Numbered from the stretch's first letter, positions 29,404-39,987 are shown. The stretch is DNA of 64,000 bases from Acidobacteriota bacterium (GCA_963666055.2 CAXWPH010000003.1:32001-96000), one strand, 5' to 3'. Notes: a model not told the origin generated them from the sequence alone. Made by a program: numbers and translations.

Positions 29404-30564
29404 ATGAATACGGGTGGCGAGCCGTTCGAGGTGCTGCCCGAGTTCCAGCGTTTCAGCCAGCGTGACGACGTCTTCTGCCGCTCGTTCTGGGATCCGACGG
29501 TGCGCTCCGAGCGTAGCGAGCTGTTCTACGAGACGTATCGGAAGCCGCTGGCCAACTGGCGCAGCGTCGACGGGTTCACGCAGCGTGACTACGCGCTCCG
29601 CAACGCCTCGTGGCATGTCACCGACGTCTTCGCGGAGCTCAAGGAAGACGAGGACCGCCGCGAGGGTTATCTCGACGAGCTGACGGTGCTTCGCGATGCG
29701 GCGGCCGAAAAGGTGCCGTTCGATTCGCCGGCGGCGGCCAGCGTCGAGATCAAGCGCGTCGGCAAGCTGTTCGGGGCCGATCTGATCGGTGTCACCGCCT
29801 ACGACGACCGCTGGGTATACACCAACAAGTACAGTCGCCGGTTGGAGAACGAGAAGCCGAACGAAATGCCGGAGGGGCTGAAGAACGTGATCGTCGTTGC
29901 CAAGCAGATGGACCACGGGCTGATCGACACGGTTCCGTCGGCGCTGAGCGGCACGGCCACCGGCTGGGGCTACTCGGAGGACACGCTGACGCTGCTGGCG
30001 CTCAGTCAGTACATCCGCAATCTCGGCTACCAGGCGGTGCCCAACCTCAACGACACGTCGCTGTCGATCCCGCTGGCGATCCAGGCGGGTCTGGGCGAGT
30101 ACGGACGCCACGGCATGGTGATTACCAAGGAGTTCGGCCCACGAGTCCGGTTCGGCAAGATCTTTACCGATCTGCCGTTGGCCAACGATACGCCGGTGAG
30201 CTTCGGTGTGAAGGAATTTTGCAACGCCTGTCGGCGGTGCTCCGATGCCTGCCCGGTGCAGGCGATTCCCGACGGCGTGCCGAGCGCGCGCGTTTACAAT
30301 CGCTCCAACATTGTCGGGGTGCGCAAATGGACGGTCGACGCCGAGAAGTGCTTCGGATTCTGGACCAAGCAGAACAGCGACTGCTCGATTTGCATCCGCG
30401 TCTGCCCTTACAACAAGCGCTGGTCGCCCCGCGTCTTCAGCATCTGGCGTCGCCTGGCAGGCACGCCCCTGCGTCGTGTGCTGCTGAGGCTCGACACCTG
30501 GCTCGGGTTCGGCGCCCGGAAATCGGCCAGCCAATGGTGGCGCACCGGGGGAGAGAGAGCATGA
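29404..30564 (+). CDS. Reductive dehalogenase-like cobalamin/2x[4Fe-4S] protein, no Tat signal
   Basis: FGADLIGV, GYS, FIRNLGY-like YIRNLGY, PLAIQAGLGEYGRHG, GPRVRFGKIFTDLPL, FCNACRRCSDACP and C..W......DCSICIRVCP. Confidence 0.85.
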   Translation: MNTGGEPFEVLPEFQRFSQRDDVFCRSFWDPTVRSERSELFYETYRKPLANWRSVDGFTQRDYALRNASWHVTDVFAELKEDEDRREGYLDELTVLRDAAAEKVPFDSPAAASVEIKRVGKLFGADLIGVTAYDDRWVYTNKYSRRLENEKPNEMPEGLKNVIVVAKQMDHGLIDTVPSALSGTATGWGYSEDTLTLLALSQYIRNLGYQAVPNLNDTSLSIPLAIQAGLGEYGRHGMVITKEFGPRVRFGKIFTDLPLANDTPVSFGVKEFCNACRRCSDACPVQAIPDGVPSARVYNRSNIVGVRKWTVDAEKCFGFWTKQNSDCSICIRVCPYNKRWSPRVFSIWRRLAGTPLRRVLLRLDTWLGFGARKSASQWWRTGGERA

Positions 30565-30607
30565 TGTTCGGCAGCGCCTTCTCGATCGTCAGCTCAGGAG
30601 GTATGAA

Positions 30608-31240
30608 GTGTCGGATCAGTGGATGCTCAGGGGCGTGGAATACAACAATTGCAACTGTGACTGGGGATGCCCCTGTCAGTTCGGGGCGCCCACGACGCAC
30701 GGTAATTGCGAGGCGGTGCTGAGCGGCCACATCGAGGAAGGGCACTTCAACGACACGCGACTGGACGGTCTCAACTGGGCGATGGTGCTGTGGTGGCCGG
30801 GTGAGATCGCCGACGGCAACGGTCGGCAGCAGGCGATCATCGACGAGCGTGCCACTTCGGAGCAGCACGAGGCGCTGCGCAAGATCCTGCACGGGGAGTC
30901 CACCGCGCCCGGCGCCACCCACTTCTTCGTCTACAACAGCACCATGGCGGAAGTGTTGGAGACGCTGTCGGCGCCGATCGAGCTTTCCATCGATGTCGAG
31001 GCGCGCCGCGCCACTGCTCGCATCCCGGGCCTGGTGGAGTCGGAGGGCGTACCGATTATCAACAGGTTCTCAGGGGAGGAGTCGCGCTCGCGTATCCACC
31101 TGCCGAACGGCTTCGAGTACACCTATGCCGAGATGGGCAGCGGCCGCTCCAAGACGACCGGCGCCATCACCCTCGACTTCGACGGCTCGTATGCGCAGTT
31201 CAACGTCCTGCACATGAACCAGGACGGGGTGATTCGCTGA
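30608..31240 (+). CDS. DUF1326 protein
   Basis: NCNCDWGCPCQF, HGNCE, IIDERAT, GFEYTYAE. Confidence 0.9.
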   Translation: MSDQWMLRGVEYNNCNCDWGCPCQFGAPTTHGNCEAVLSGHIEEGHFNDTRLDGLNWAMVLWWPGEIADGNGRQQAIIDERATSEQHEALRKILHGESTAPGATHFFVYNSTMAEVLETLSAPIELSIDVEARRATARIPGLVESEGVPIINRFSGEESRSRIHLPNGFEYTYAEMGSGRSKTTGAITLDFDGSYAQFNVLHMNQDGVIR

Positions 31241-32004
31241 ACCGGCGCGACCGCATCGCGGTACTGGCGTCGATGGCGGGAGTCACCCTGGTGGCCTGGG
31301 TGCACCTGATCGTCACCGCCTCGAAGATGCAGCCCGCCGGTGGCGCGAGCATGGACGACATGGTCGCGCTGCGCGCCTGGGGACCGGCCGACTTCGGCCT
31401 CGTGTTCCTGATGTGGGCCGTGATGATGGTCGGCATGATGGTCCCGACGGCTGCGCCCATGGTGCTGATCTACGCGTCGGTGGTGCGCAAGGCGGCGCGT
31501 CAGGACAGCATTCTGGCGCCGACGGCTGCCTTCGTGTCGGGATACGTGCTGATCTGGTGCGCGTTCAGCCTGGCGGTGACGCTTCTTCAGTGGCGGCTGA
31601 ACCGCGCAGCATTGCTGGCGCCGATGATGGTGCTCTCCAACATCAACCTGGGCGCCGGGCTGCTGATCATCGCCGGGCTCTACCAGATGACGCCGCTGAA
31701 AGAGGCGTGCCTCAGGCATTGTCGATCCCCGGCGCACTTCATTGCCGAGCACTGGCGTCCCGGCACTGGCGGTGCCGTTCGCATGGGCTTCGAGCACGGC
31801 ATCTTCTGTCTGGGTTGCTGCTGGCTGCTGATGCTGCTGTTGTTCGTCGGCGGCGTGATGAACGTGCTGTGGATCGCTGTGATCACGGCGTTTGTGTTGT
31901 TCGAGAAGCTCGGGGCGCGCGGCGCGGGCGGTGGCCGGCTGGCCGGCGTCGCCATGATTGCCGTGGGCGTGTTGGTGCTGTTGCGGAGCGGCGGCGGGAG
32001 CTGA
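31237..32004 (+). CDS. DUF2182 metal-binding integral membrane protein
   Basis: MWAVMMVGMM, YQMTPLKEACLRHCRSP, CLGCCW, VGGVMN, EK; possible CTG start overlapping the upstream TGA. Confidence 0.9.
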   Translation: MNRRDRIAVLASMAGVTLVAWVHLIVTASKMQPAGGASMDDMVALRAWGPADFGLVFLMWAVMMVGMMVPTAAPMVLIYASVVRKAARQDSILAPTAAFVSGYVLIWCAFSLAVTLLQWRLNRAALLAPMMVLSNINLGAGLLIIAGLYQMTPLKEACLRHCRSPAHFIAEHWRPGTGGAVRMGFEHGIFCLGCCWLLMLLLFVGGVMNVLWIAVITAFVLFEKLGARGAGGGRLAGVAMIAVGVLVLLRSGGGS

Positions 32005-32010
32005 GGGGCT

Positions 32011-32038
32011 CCGCCACACTCCCACCACGGCCTGCTAG
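32011..32038 (-). repeat. Solo end of the CTAG-anchored element
   Basis: CTAGCAGGCCGTGGTGGGAGTGTGGCGG from the TAG of the aminotransferase; fills the convergent gap. Confidence 0.9.
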
Positions 32039-33177
32039 CCGAGGCAGCGATCAAGCTCATCGAGAGCGCGCTCGATGTCTTCGGTGGTGTTGTACAGGTG
32101 TGGCGAGAAGCGAATAAAATCGTTGCGTCCCGAGACCACCACGCCGCTGGCGTTCAGGCTTGTGGCGATCTTCACTGGGTCGGCACCAGGAATGCGCATG
32201 GAGACGATCGAGGTGCGCTCCTTGCTGGCTCGGGGCGAGAGGATCTCCGCGCCGCGCGTCTCCAGCCCGTCGATCAGCTGCGTGGCCAGGCCGAGGTTGT
32301 GCGCCGCAATCTGGTCGATGCCGACGTCCATGAGCGTGTCCATGGATCGCGCCAGACCGATGGCGTTGCCGTAGCCCAGCGTTCCGTACTCGAATCGCCG
32401 CGCTGTTTCGGGCAGCTCCATGCGCACCGGTGCCAGATCCCAGAGTCGCTGGTGGCTGCGAAAGCCGACCAGCCCAGGGTCGAACCGCGTGTGCAGGTGC
32501 GGCGCCAGCACCATCACGGCGGCGCCAAACGGACCGCATAGCCACTTGTAGCCGGCCGTTATCAGCACGTCGATCTCACTCTCCCGAACGTCGATCGGGA
32601 TGGCGCCGGCCGACTGGGTTCCGTCGACCACCAACAGCGCGTCGTGGGCGTGGGCACCGTCGGCCAGTTGCTTCAGGTCGAATCGCTGGCCGCTACCGAA
32701 CTCGACGTGTGAGATGCAGACGACGGCGGTGCGCTCGTCGATCTGATCCAGCAGCTGATCGGGATCTACTCGCATGTCGCGGCTCGGTGCCAGCCGGATC
32801 TCACATCCGGTGCGGCGAGCGACGCGTACCCACGGATAGAGCGTGCTCGGGAATCCGACGTCGGTGCCCACGACGTTGGTGTTGGCGGCCGGTGCCATCG
32901 CCCAGGCGAGGGAGCCCAGGAGCTCGCTGAAGCTGGCCGCCACGGCGATGTCGTCGGTGGTGGCGCCGAACAGCCGCGCGGCGGACTCGTGCAAGCCGTC
33001 GAAGACGGTTTCCTCGGGATTTTCGCCGAAGTTGACCGTGCCGTTGCGGGCTACATCCCGCTGCCACTCGATGATCGCCTCTTCGGCTGCGCGCGGCATC
33101 AACGCCACCGAGGCGGCGTTCAGGTAGGTGCGACCGTCGACGCGGCGAAACTGGTCAGTGCCTGACAGATCGTTCAT
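32035..33177 (-). CDS. Class V aminotransferase (cysteine desulfurase/kynureninase-like)
   Basis: YLNAAS, VDGTQSAG, GYKWLCGP (PLP Lys), RFEYGT, RFSPHLYN. Confidence 0.9.
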   Translation of the reverse strand: MNDLSGTDQFRRVDGRTYLNAASVALMPRAAEEAIIEWQRDVARNGTVNFGENPEETVFDGLHESAARLFGATTDDIAVAASFSELLGSLAWAMAPAANTNVVGTDVGFPSTLYPWVRVARRTGCEIRLAPSRDMRVDPDQLLDQIDERTAVVCISHVEFGSGQRFDLKQLADGAHAHDALLVVDGTQSAGAIPIDVRESEIDVLITAGYKWLCGPFGAAVMVLAPHLHTRFDPGLVGFRSHQRLWDLAPVRMELPETARRFEYGTLGYGNAIGLARSMDTLMDVGIDQIAAHNLGLATQLIDGLETRGAEILSPRASKERTSIVSMRIPGADPVKIATSLNASGVVVSGRNDFIRFSPHLYNTTEDIERALDELDRCLG

Positions 33178-33356
33178 CAGCTCGGAGGAGGTTCATGGCG
33201 AGGAATAAGGCTGAGGCGGTGGGGAGGACGATGCGGCGTTGTCTCATGGCGCTGTGTTCATCAGCTGACCCGGTGCAACGCGCTCGCTTGAAGGCTAGTC
33301 TGTCGCTTGTCGAGTGGCCAACGTGCGGAGCGTATCCAAATGCCTCAGGAGTTGTG

Positions 33357-36300
33357 ATGACATCGACGTCTTCGTCCAGCCGATGCTACTACCCCGCAGT
33401 TGTCATGCCTGCCGCCTTGCTTGCGGCGGCGCTCATCGTCGTGGCACCGCCCACTGCCGCGGCGCAGATGGATGCGCCTGCGGCCTTGCAGCCGCTGCAT
33501 TTCCGCCACATCGGTCCTGTCGGCAACCGTATCGCCGCGGTTGCGGGTGTCGAGGGCGACGCGCACGTCTACTATGTCGGCGCAGCATCGGGCGGCATAT
33601 GGAAGACCGAGGACGGCGGTCTCAGCTGGCGACCGGTGTTCGACGACCACCCGGTGCACGCGATCGGATCGTTGGCGGTCGCCGCGAGCGACCCGCAGAT
33701 CGTTTGGGCAGGTACCGGCGAGCCGCACATTCGATCCAACGTGTCGATCGGTAACGGCGTGTGGAAGTCGACCGACGGCGGCGACAGCTGGGAGCACATG
33801 GGGTTGGAGGCAACGGGTCGGATCTCCGACGTGCTGATCCATCCGCGTGATCCGGACGTAGTCTACGTGGCGGCGCTGGGGCACGGGCACAGCCCGCAAC
33901 CGGAGCGCGGCATCTTCCGCACCACCGACGGCGGCACCACCTGGGAGCACGTGTTGTTCGTCGACGAGAACACCGGTGCGTCGGATCTGGAGATGGATCC
34001 CAACAATCCGCGCATTCTGTTCGCCGGCATGTGGCAGGTATCGATCAATACCTGGGGCCGCGAGAGCGGCGGCCCCGGCAGCGGCATCTTCGTGAGCCGC
34101 GACGCCGGTGATACCTGGACCAAGCTGGAGGGACACGGGCTGCCGACCCGGCCGGTGGGCAAGGTCGACATCTGCATGACAGCCGCTGATAGCCGTCGTG
34201 TCTACGCCCTAATCGAAACCGGCGACGGGGTTCCGTGGCACGGCGAGGAGACCGACAGCGGCGAGCTCTGGCGCTCCGAGGACGGTGGACGTGACTGGGA
34301 GCTGGTCAACCACAGCCGTGACCTGGCAGGACGCAGCGCCTACTACACCGTTTGCCATGTCTCGCCGCAGGATGCCGACGAGACCTATTTCCTGGCGGCG
34401 CCGTTCCTTTACTCGCTCGACGGCGGTCGCAGCTACGTTGCGGCCGGATCCGATGACGCAGCAATGGCGCGTCCAGGCGGCGACAACCACGACATGTGGA
34501 TCGATCCCGGCAACGCCGACCGCATGATCGTCGGCAACGATCCGGGGGTGGCGATCTCCACCAACCGCGGTCGTAGCTGGATGCGTATCCAGCTGCCGAT
34601 CGCCCAGATGTACCACGTGACAGTCGACAACAACGTGCCCTACTACGTGTACGGCAACCGCCAGGACGGGCCGTCGTACCGCGGCCCGAGCAACAGTCGC
34701 ACCGGCGGGTTCGGAGGCGGCTCCATCCCGCGGGGCATGTGGCACAGCGTCGGTGGCGGCGAGAGCGGGTTTGCCACCCCCGATCCGGAGGACCCCGACC
34801 TCATCTGGTCGAGCGCTTCCGGGGCCGGGGCCCGGGGCGGCATCGTGGTGCGCTACCGCGATAGCACCCGCCAGTTCCGGCAGGTGGAAGTGTGGCCCGA
34901 GAGCACTGGTGGGTGGCCGGCCGAGGGAGTGAGGTATCGCTTCCAGTGGACGTTCCCGTTGCTGATATCGCCGCACGACAGCGACACCGTGTACGTGACC
35001 AGCCAGCACGTTCACCGCACCACCAACGCTGGCCAGAGCTGGGATGTGATCAGCCCGGACCTCAGCACCAACGACAAGTCCAAGCAGGGGATCTCCGGCG
35101 GGCTCACACCCGACAACATCGGGGTGGAGTACTGCTGTGTAATCTACGCGTTCGACGAGTCGCCGGCGCAGCAGGGCGTGCTCTGGGCCGGCACCAACGA
35201 CGGGCTGGTGCAGGTCAGCCGCGACGGCGGCGCATCGTGGGACAACGTCACCGCCAACATCCCCGGTCTGCCGCTGGAGGGTGTGGTACGGGCGGTCGAG
35301 GCGTCGAAGTGGGACGCCGGCAAGGCCTACGTGGCGATCGAGCATCACCAGGTAGGCGATTTCGCTCCCTACGTGTATCGAACCGATGACTTCGGTGGCA
35401 GCTGGGACAAGATCACCGACGGGCTCGCGCCGGGCGTTCTGAGTTACGCGCGCCACATCGAAGAGGACCCGGTGCGGCCGGGCCTGCTGTACCTCGGCAC
35501 CGAGAACGCCCTGTACGTCAGCTTCGACGACGGCGACAGCTGGCAGTCGATGATGACCGACCTGCCGGCCTCGCCGATGTACGGCATCGTCGTCCAGGAG
35601 CACTTCAACGACCTGGTGATCGGCACATACGGACGCGGATTCTGGATCATGGACGACCTGTCGGCCTTGCAGCAGCTCACCCCGGCGATGGTCGCTGCCG
35701 TACAGGCTGGAGTCGCGGGCGGGCCCGCGGCGCACCTGTTCGAGCCGCGGCGGGCGTACCGTTTCCACAACATCACCTCGCCGGCCAGCAGCGCTGGCGA
35801 TCCCAGTGCTGGTGAGAATCCGCCGCGCGGGGCGTCGATCAACTACTGGCTCGGAGAGGAGCCGGAAGGACCGGTGACGGTTCGCATCAGCAATGCCGCA
35901 GGAGAGACCGTGCGCCAGCTGAGCGGCACCAAGACGGCGGGCATCAACCGTATTTGGTGGGATCTTCGTGGCGAGTCGGCCACACCGTTGCGCCTGCGCA
36001 CCAGACCCATTACCGCCGAGTGGTTTGATCTGGGCGCGGATCGCGTGCGTGAGGTGAACAGCCGCCCCGGCATGCTGAAGCCACCCGGAACCTACACCGT
36101 AACGCTCGAAGCCGCGGGGCAGACGTCCGAGCACACGCTCGAGGTGCTGAAGGATCCGAATTCCGAGGGCACCAACGCCGACGTCGCGTTGCAGACCGAG
36201 ATGCTGGTGCAGCTGCGCGGTGATCTCGAGACTACCGTGGCGATGATCAACCGCATCGAATGGATCCGCCGCCAGCTCTACGATCTGCAGGCGGTGATGG

Positions 36301-36644
36301 CCGACACACCGGATTCCGAGCGTCTGATCGAGGCGGCCGGCGAGCTCGACGGTACGCTGTTGACGGTAGAGGAGGATCTCTACCAGACGCGGCTCAGTTA
36401 CACCGGGCAGGATCGGGTGCGCTGGCCAACGCGCCTGTTCGGTCACCTGCAGTATCTGGAGGGTGCGGTTGCTACCGTCGATTTCCCGCCGACCGACCAA
36501 GCCCGTGAGGTGCAACAGGTGCTCGAGCAGCGCATGAATGAACTGTCCGAAGAGCTCGCCGGAGTCGTCGACGAGGACGTCGAGGCGTTCAACCGTCTGT
36601 TGCGCGAGCTCGGCCTCGGCCCGCTGGTCACCGGGGTTGAGTAG
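33357..36644 (+). CDS. BNR-repeat / VPS10-like secreted glycosyl-hydrolase-type protein
   Basis: Many S/TxDGGxxW Asp-boxes, signal peptide, C-terminal coiled coil. Confidence 0.88.
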   Translation: MTSTSSSSRCYYPAVVMPAALLAAALIVVAPPTAAAQMDAPAALQPLHFRHIGPVGNRIAAVAGVEGDAHVYYVGAASGGIWKTEDGGLSWRPVFDDHPVHAIGSLAVAASDPQIVWAGTGEPHIRSNVSIGNGVWKSTDGGDSWEHMGLEATGRISDVLIHPRDPDVVYVAALGHGHSPQPERGIFRTTDGGTTWEHVLFVDENTGASDLEMDPNNPRILFAGMWQVSINTWGRESGGPGSGIFVSRDAGDTWTKLEGHGLPTRPVGKVDICMTAADSRRVYALIETGDGVPWHGEETDSGELWRSEDGGRDWELVNHSRDLAGRSAYYTVCHVSPQDADETYFLAAPFLYSLDGGRSYVAAGSDDAAMARPGGDNHDMWIDPGNADRMIVGNDPGVAISTNRGRSWMRIQLPIAQMYHVTVDNNVPYYVYGNRQDGPSYRGPSNSRTGGFGGGSIPRGMWHSVGGGESGFATPDPEDPDLIWSSASGAGARGGIVVRYRDSTRQFRQVEVWPESTGGWPAEGVRYRFQWTFPLLISPHDSDTVYVTSQHVHRTTNAGQSWDVISPDLSTNDKSKQGISGGLTPDNIGVEYCCVIYAFDESPAQQGVLWAGTNDGLVQVSRDGGASWDNVTANIPGLPLEGVVRAVEASKWDAGKAYVAIEHHQVGDFAPYVYRTDDFGGSWDKITDGLAPGVLSYARHIEEDPVRPGLLYLGTENALYVSFDDGDSWQSMMTDLPASPMYGIVVQEHFNDLVIGTYGRGFWIMDDLSALQQLTPAMVAAVQAGVAGGPAAHLFEPRRAYRFHNITSPASSAGDPSAGENPPRGASINYWLGEEPEGPVTVRISNAAGETVRQLSGTKTAGINRIWWDLRGESATPLRLRTRPITAEWFDLGADRVREVNSRPGMLKPPGTYTVTLEAAGQTSEHTLEVLKDPNSEGTNADVALQTEMLVQLRGDLETTVAMINRIEWIRRQLYDLQAVMADTPDSERLIEAAGELDGTLLTVEEDLYQTRLSYTGQDRVRWPTRLFGHLQYLEGAVATVDFPPTDQAREVQQVLEQRMNELSEELAGVVDEDVEAFNRLLRELGLGPLVTGVE

Positions 36645-38103
36645 ACCCATCACGGCGGCGCTTGCGCTGGGGCTGGTGCTGTCGATTGCGCCGACGGCGA
36701 GCGGCGGCCAGCGAGCTTCGTCACTTTCCTCGGGCGAGAGCGAGCGAGCGGCGTGGTCGCGGTTCCGTGGCCCCAACGGCTCCGGCGTTGCCGAGACCTC
36801 GGCCCTGCCCATGCGCTTCGACGGTGACAGGCAACTCGTGTGGAAGACGACCTTGCCGCCGGGGCACTCGTCGCCGGTGCTGTCAACGGATCGCATCTTC
36901 GTGACCGCGTTCGAGCACGAGCAACTTTCGACGCTCGCCGTCGATCGAGCCACCGGCGGAATACTGTGGCGACGCCAGGCACCGAGAGCGCGAACCGAGA
37001 AGCTCGATGCACGTAACAACCCGGCGGCCCCCAGCCCGGCGACTGACGGCGAGCGCGTGGTGGTGTTCTTCGCGGAGTACGGCTTGCTGGCCTACGACGT
37101 TGACGGCAACGAGCTCTGGAGGCTGCCGCTCGGCCCCTTTGACAACCTCTACGGCATGGGCGCGTCGCCGATCATTCACCAGGGCAAGGTCTTGCTGGTC
37201 TGCGATCAGCGAACCGGCTCGTACCTGCTGTCGGTTGACGCGGCGACCGGTCGCGAGCTTTGGCGCGTCGATCGACCCGAGGCCGCCAGCTCCCATGCCA
37301 CTCCGATAATCTGGACGTCGCCCGAGGGTGAGGCGCAGCTCGTGGTTGTCGGGTCGTTCCTGCTCAGTGGTTACTCGGTGCAGACCGGAGAGCGACGCTG
37401 GTGGGTGCGCGGCATGATCCACGAGATGAAGTCGGTACCGGTCGTCGGCGACGGCGTGGTCTACGTCAACGGCTACGGCTCACCGCTCAACGACCCCGGC
37501 AACACCATGGACGTCGGGTCGTTCGACGAGGCGCTGGCACTCAGCGACGCCAACGCCGACGGGTTGTTGACCCCGGAGGAGTTGCCAGAGGGGCGGGCGA
37601 AGCGGCGTTTCAGGGTCAGTGACCTCGATGGCGGCGGCACGCTGGATCAACGCGACTGGGACTACTTCCGCAACTCGATGGCGATGACCAACGGCATGTT
37701 CGCCATACGCCTCGGTGGCAGCGGCGACATGACCGCGGAGAGCTTTCTGTGGATCTACAGTCGGGCGGTGCCGCAGCTACCATCGCCGCTGCTGTACGAG
37801 GGGCTGCTCTACATGATCAACGACGGCGGCATCGTGACGATCCTCGATCCTGCCAGCGGCGAGCGACTCGACCAGGGGCGCATTCCGGGCGCGGTCGACA
37901 AGTTCTACGCCTCGCCGGTGGCCGGAGACGGCAAGATCTACATGCTCAGCGAGCTCGGTAAGGTGGCGGTGCTGAAGCCGGGCCCCGAGCTCGATGTGTT
38001 GGCGGTCAACGACCTCGACGACCTGGCGTACGGCACGCCGGCGATCGCGGACGGACGCATCTATGTGCGCACTCGTGAGACCCTCTACGCGTTCGGGTCC
38101 TAG
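36637..38103 (+). CDS. PQQ-like beta-propeller (BamB-like) protein with EF-hand-like insert
   Basis: WSRFRGPNGSG, GHSSP, DANADGLLTPEE, YASPV, TPAIADGRIYVRT. Confidence 0.85.
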   Translation: MSRPITAALALGLVLSIAPTASGGQRASSLSSGESERAAWSRFRGPNGSGVAETSALPMRFDGDRQLVWKTTLPPGHSSPVLSTDRIFVTAFEHEQLSTLAVDRATGGILWRRQAPRARTEKLDARNNPAAPSPATDGERVVVFFAEYGLLAYDVDGNELWRLPLGPFDNLYGMGASPIIHQGKVLLVCDQRTGSYLLSVDAATGRELWRVDRPEAASSHATPIIWTSPEGEAQLVVVGSFLLSGYSVQTGERRWWVRGMIHEMKSVPVVGDGVVYVNGYGSPLNDPGNTMDVGSFDEALALSDANADGLLTPEELPEGRAKRRFRVSDLDGGGTLDQRDWDYFRNSMAMTNGMFAIRLGGSGDMTAESFLWIYSRAVPQLPSPLLYEGLLYMINDGGIVTILDPASGERLDQGRIPGAVDKFYASPVAGDGKIYMLSELGKVAVLKPGPELDVLAVNDLDDLAYGTPAIADGRIYVRTRETLYAFGS

Positions 38104-38127
38104 CAGTCGGTGGAGGAAGTGTGGCGG
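38100..38127 (+). repeat. Solo end of the CTAG-anchored element
   Basis: CTAGCAGTCGGTGGAGGAAGTGTGGCGG at the TAG stop. Confidence 0.85.
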
Positions 38128-38163
38128 ATCTGCTAACGGCGACCGCCCGGCAAACGGAGTTAC

Positions 38164-39288
38164 GTGATGAAGGTGGAGATTTTCGAGCTCGAGAGGGTTC
38201 AGTCGCTCTGGGAGAACCTCGTCGAGATCAATCTCACCGAGAGTGGCGTGCACCCGTATACCCTCGAGGAGCTGCTCACCGCGGATGAGATTGCCGAGGT
38301 CACGCGGGTTCGTCTGGGCTACGGCCAGACCAACGGCTCGATCCCGCTGCGCGAGCGCATCAGTGGCCTTTACATCGACGCCGACGCCGACAACGTGTTG
38401 GTGACCACGGGCTCGGCGGAGGCCAACTTCGTGGCCGCCTGGAACCTGCTCGAGACCGGCGACGAGCTCGCGCTGATGGTGCCCAACTACCTGCAGATTC
38501 GCGGCATAGGGCGTGCGTTCGGCGTCGACGTGAACCCGTTCCACCTGCGCGAGGAGCTCGCCTGGGGGCCCGATCTCGATGAGCTGCGAGCGGTGATCTC
38601 GCCACGCACCAAGATGATCGCGCTGTGCAATCCGAACAACCCCACCGGCGCGGTGCTCAGCGCCGACGACATGCAGGTGATCGTCGACCTTGCCGCCGAC
38701 GTCAACGCCTGGGTTTACGTCGACGAGGTCTATCGTGGCGCCGAGCTCGCGGACAGCGATACGCCGACGTTCTGGGGAACCTACGACAAGGTCGTGGTCA
38801 ACGGTGGGCTTTCGAAGGCCTACGCGCTTCCCGGCCTGCGTATCGGCTGGCTAGTGGGACCGCATCAGATGATCGCCGATTCCTGGGCGCGGCACGACTA
38901 CACCACCATCGCCGCTGCCGTGATGAGCGATCAGATCGCCCAGATGGCGCTGACCTCGCCGCGTCGCGAGCAGATCTTCGAGCGCAACCGGAGCTTGCTG
39001 CGCCACAACCTGGTGATTGTCCAGGACTGGGTCGCCGCACACCGGGGCCGGCTCCACTTCATCCCACCGCGGTCGGGCGGCATGGCGTTCGTGCGCTACG
39101 ACTTCGACATCAACTCGACTGAGCTGACAACCCGCCTGCGCGACGAGGAGGGGCTGCTGGTGGTCGCCGGCGACTGTTTCGGTATGGATCAGTACCTGCG
39201 AATCGGTATCGGCGGTGAGTCCGAGCAGCTGATTATCGGGCTCGGTCGCATCGACGACATGATTGCCCGGCTAGCGCCCGCCGGCTAG
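38164..39288 (+). CDS. Class I/II aminotransferase
   Basis: CNPNNPTG, DEVY, LSKAYALPGLRIGW. Confidence 0.93.
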   Translation: MMKVEIFELERVQSLWENLVEINLTESGVHPYTLEELLTADEIAEVTRVRLGYGQTNGSIPLRERISGLYIDADADNVLVTTGSAEANFVAAWNLLETGDELALMVPNYLQIRGIGRAFGVDVNPFHLREELAWGPDLDELRAVISPRTKMIALCNPNNPTGAVLSADDMQVIVDLAADVNAWVYVDEVYRGAELADSDTPTFWGTYDKVVVNGGLSKAYALPGLRIGWLVGPHQMIADSWARHDYTTIAAAVMSDQIAQMALTSPRREQIFERNRSLLRHNLVIVQDWVAAHRGRLHFIPPRSGGMAFVRYDFDINSTELTTRLRDEEGLLVVAGDCFGMDQYLRIGIGGESEQLIIGLGRIDDMIARLAPAG

Positions 39289-39311
39289 AACCGGCTACGG
39301 CGTCGTGCGTC

Positions 39312-39827
39312 TTATCGGTCGGGACGTGCCTTCGTCTGACGACGCGCCGCCGCCCTGCTGCGAGCCTCGAGCAGCAGCGGGTCGGAGGTGCTGTCGTAGA
39401 TGTTGCCGACGTAGTGCAGGCCCTTGCTGTTCCCACCGCTCCGGCGCCGGGCGCCGCGGAAGTTGTCCTCGGGCACCGACTCCTGGATCATCAGCGAGCC
39501 CTTGGCAGACGTCGCACCGTCGAGGGAGAAGATGGTCATCAGGTAGGAGTCGGCGCCGAGACCGTGCTCGCACAGCTCGAAGGCGGTGTCGAACGACTGT
39601 CCGGCGCAGACCGTGAAGATCTCACCGTCGGTAATACCTTCGATCAGGATGTCGAAGTCGGCATGCCTGGTCCAGGCGACCTGCCAGCGCATGAAGCCGA
39701 ACCCGATGGGCTGATAGGAGAACACGTCGCCGTCGCGGATCTGCCTGCGGATCCCACTTTGGGCCCCGGCCGAGGCCGCGCTGACAACAACACCCAGCAC
39801 CGAGATCGCCAGTAGTAGCTTTCGCAT
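39312..39827 (-). CDS. Secreted hypothetical protein
   Basis: Signal peptide MRKLLLAISVLGVVVSAASAGA, GGAG RBS, coding-like composition. Confidence 0.6.
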   Translation of the reverse strand: MRKLLLAISVLGVVVSAASAGAQSGIRRQIRDGDVFSYQPIGFGFMRWQVAWTRHADFDILIEGITDGEIFTVCAGQSFDTAFELCEHGLGADSYLMTIFSLDGATSAKGSLMIQESVPEDNFRGARRRSGGNSKGLHYVGNIYDSTSDPLLLEARSRAAARRQTKARPDR

Positions 39828-39987
39828 CGGGGGCTTCTCCGTTTCAACGGAGGCGCGAAAGCGGCGTGTCGATGCCGTGCACGACTCCGGGGAGCGATGA
39901 GTCGGCGGGTCGACAGGGGACTCCTCTCATCGTAGCGCGCCGAGGGTGGTGGTTGCACGGACGCCGCCGGTCTGCGAGCTTCCGACC

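Noticed and set aside
34883-34896. GGTGGAAGTGTGGC match to the repeat core inside the BNR gene
   Set aside because: No CTAGCAG anchor, and it encodes in-frame QVEVWP; probably coincidental.
34209-37019. 936-aa minus-strand ORF
   Set aside because: Antisense shadow of the BNR gene, common in GC-rich DNA; no motifs.
39830-39987. Lysine riboswitch upstream of the lysA-like gene
   Set aside because: Only short hairpins; no recognisable L-box consensus or terminator.
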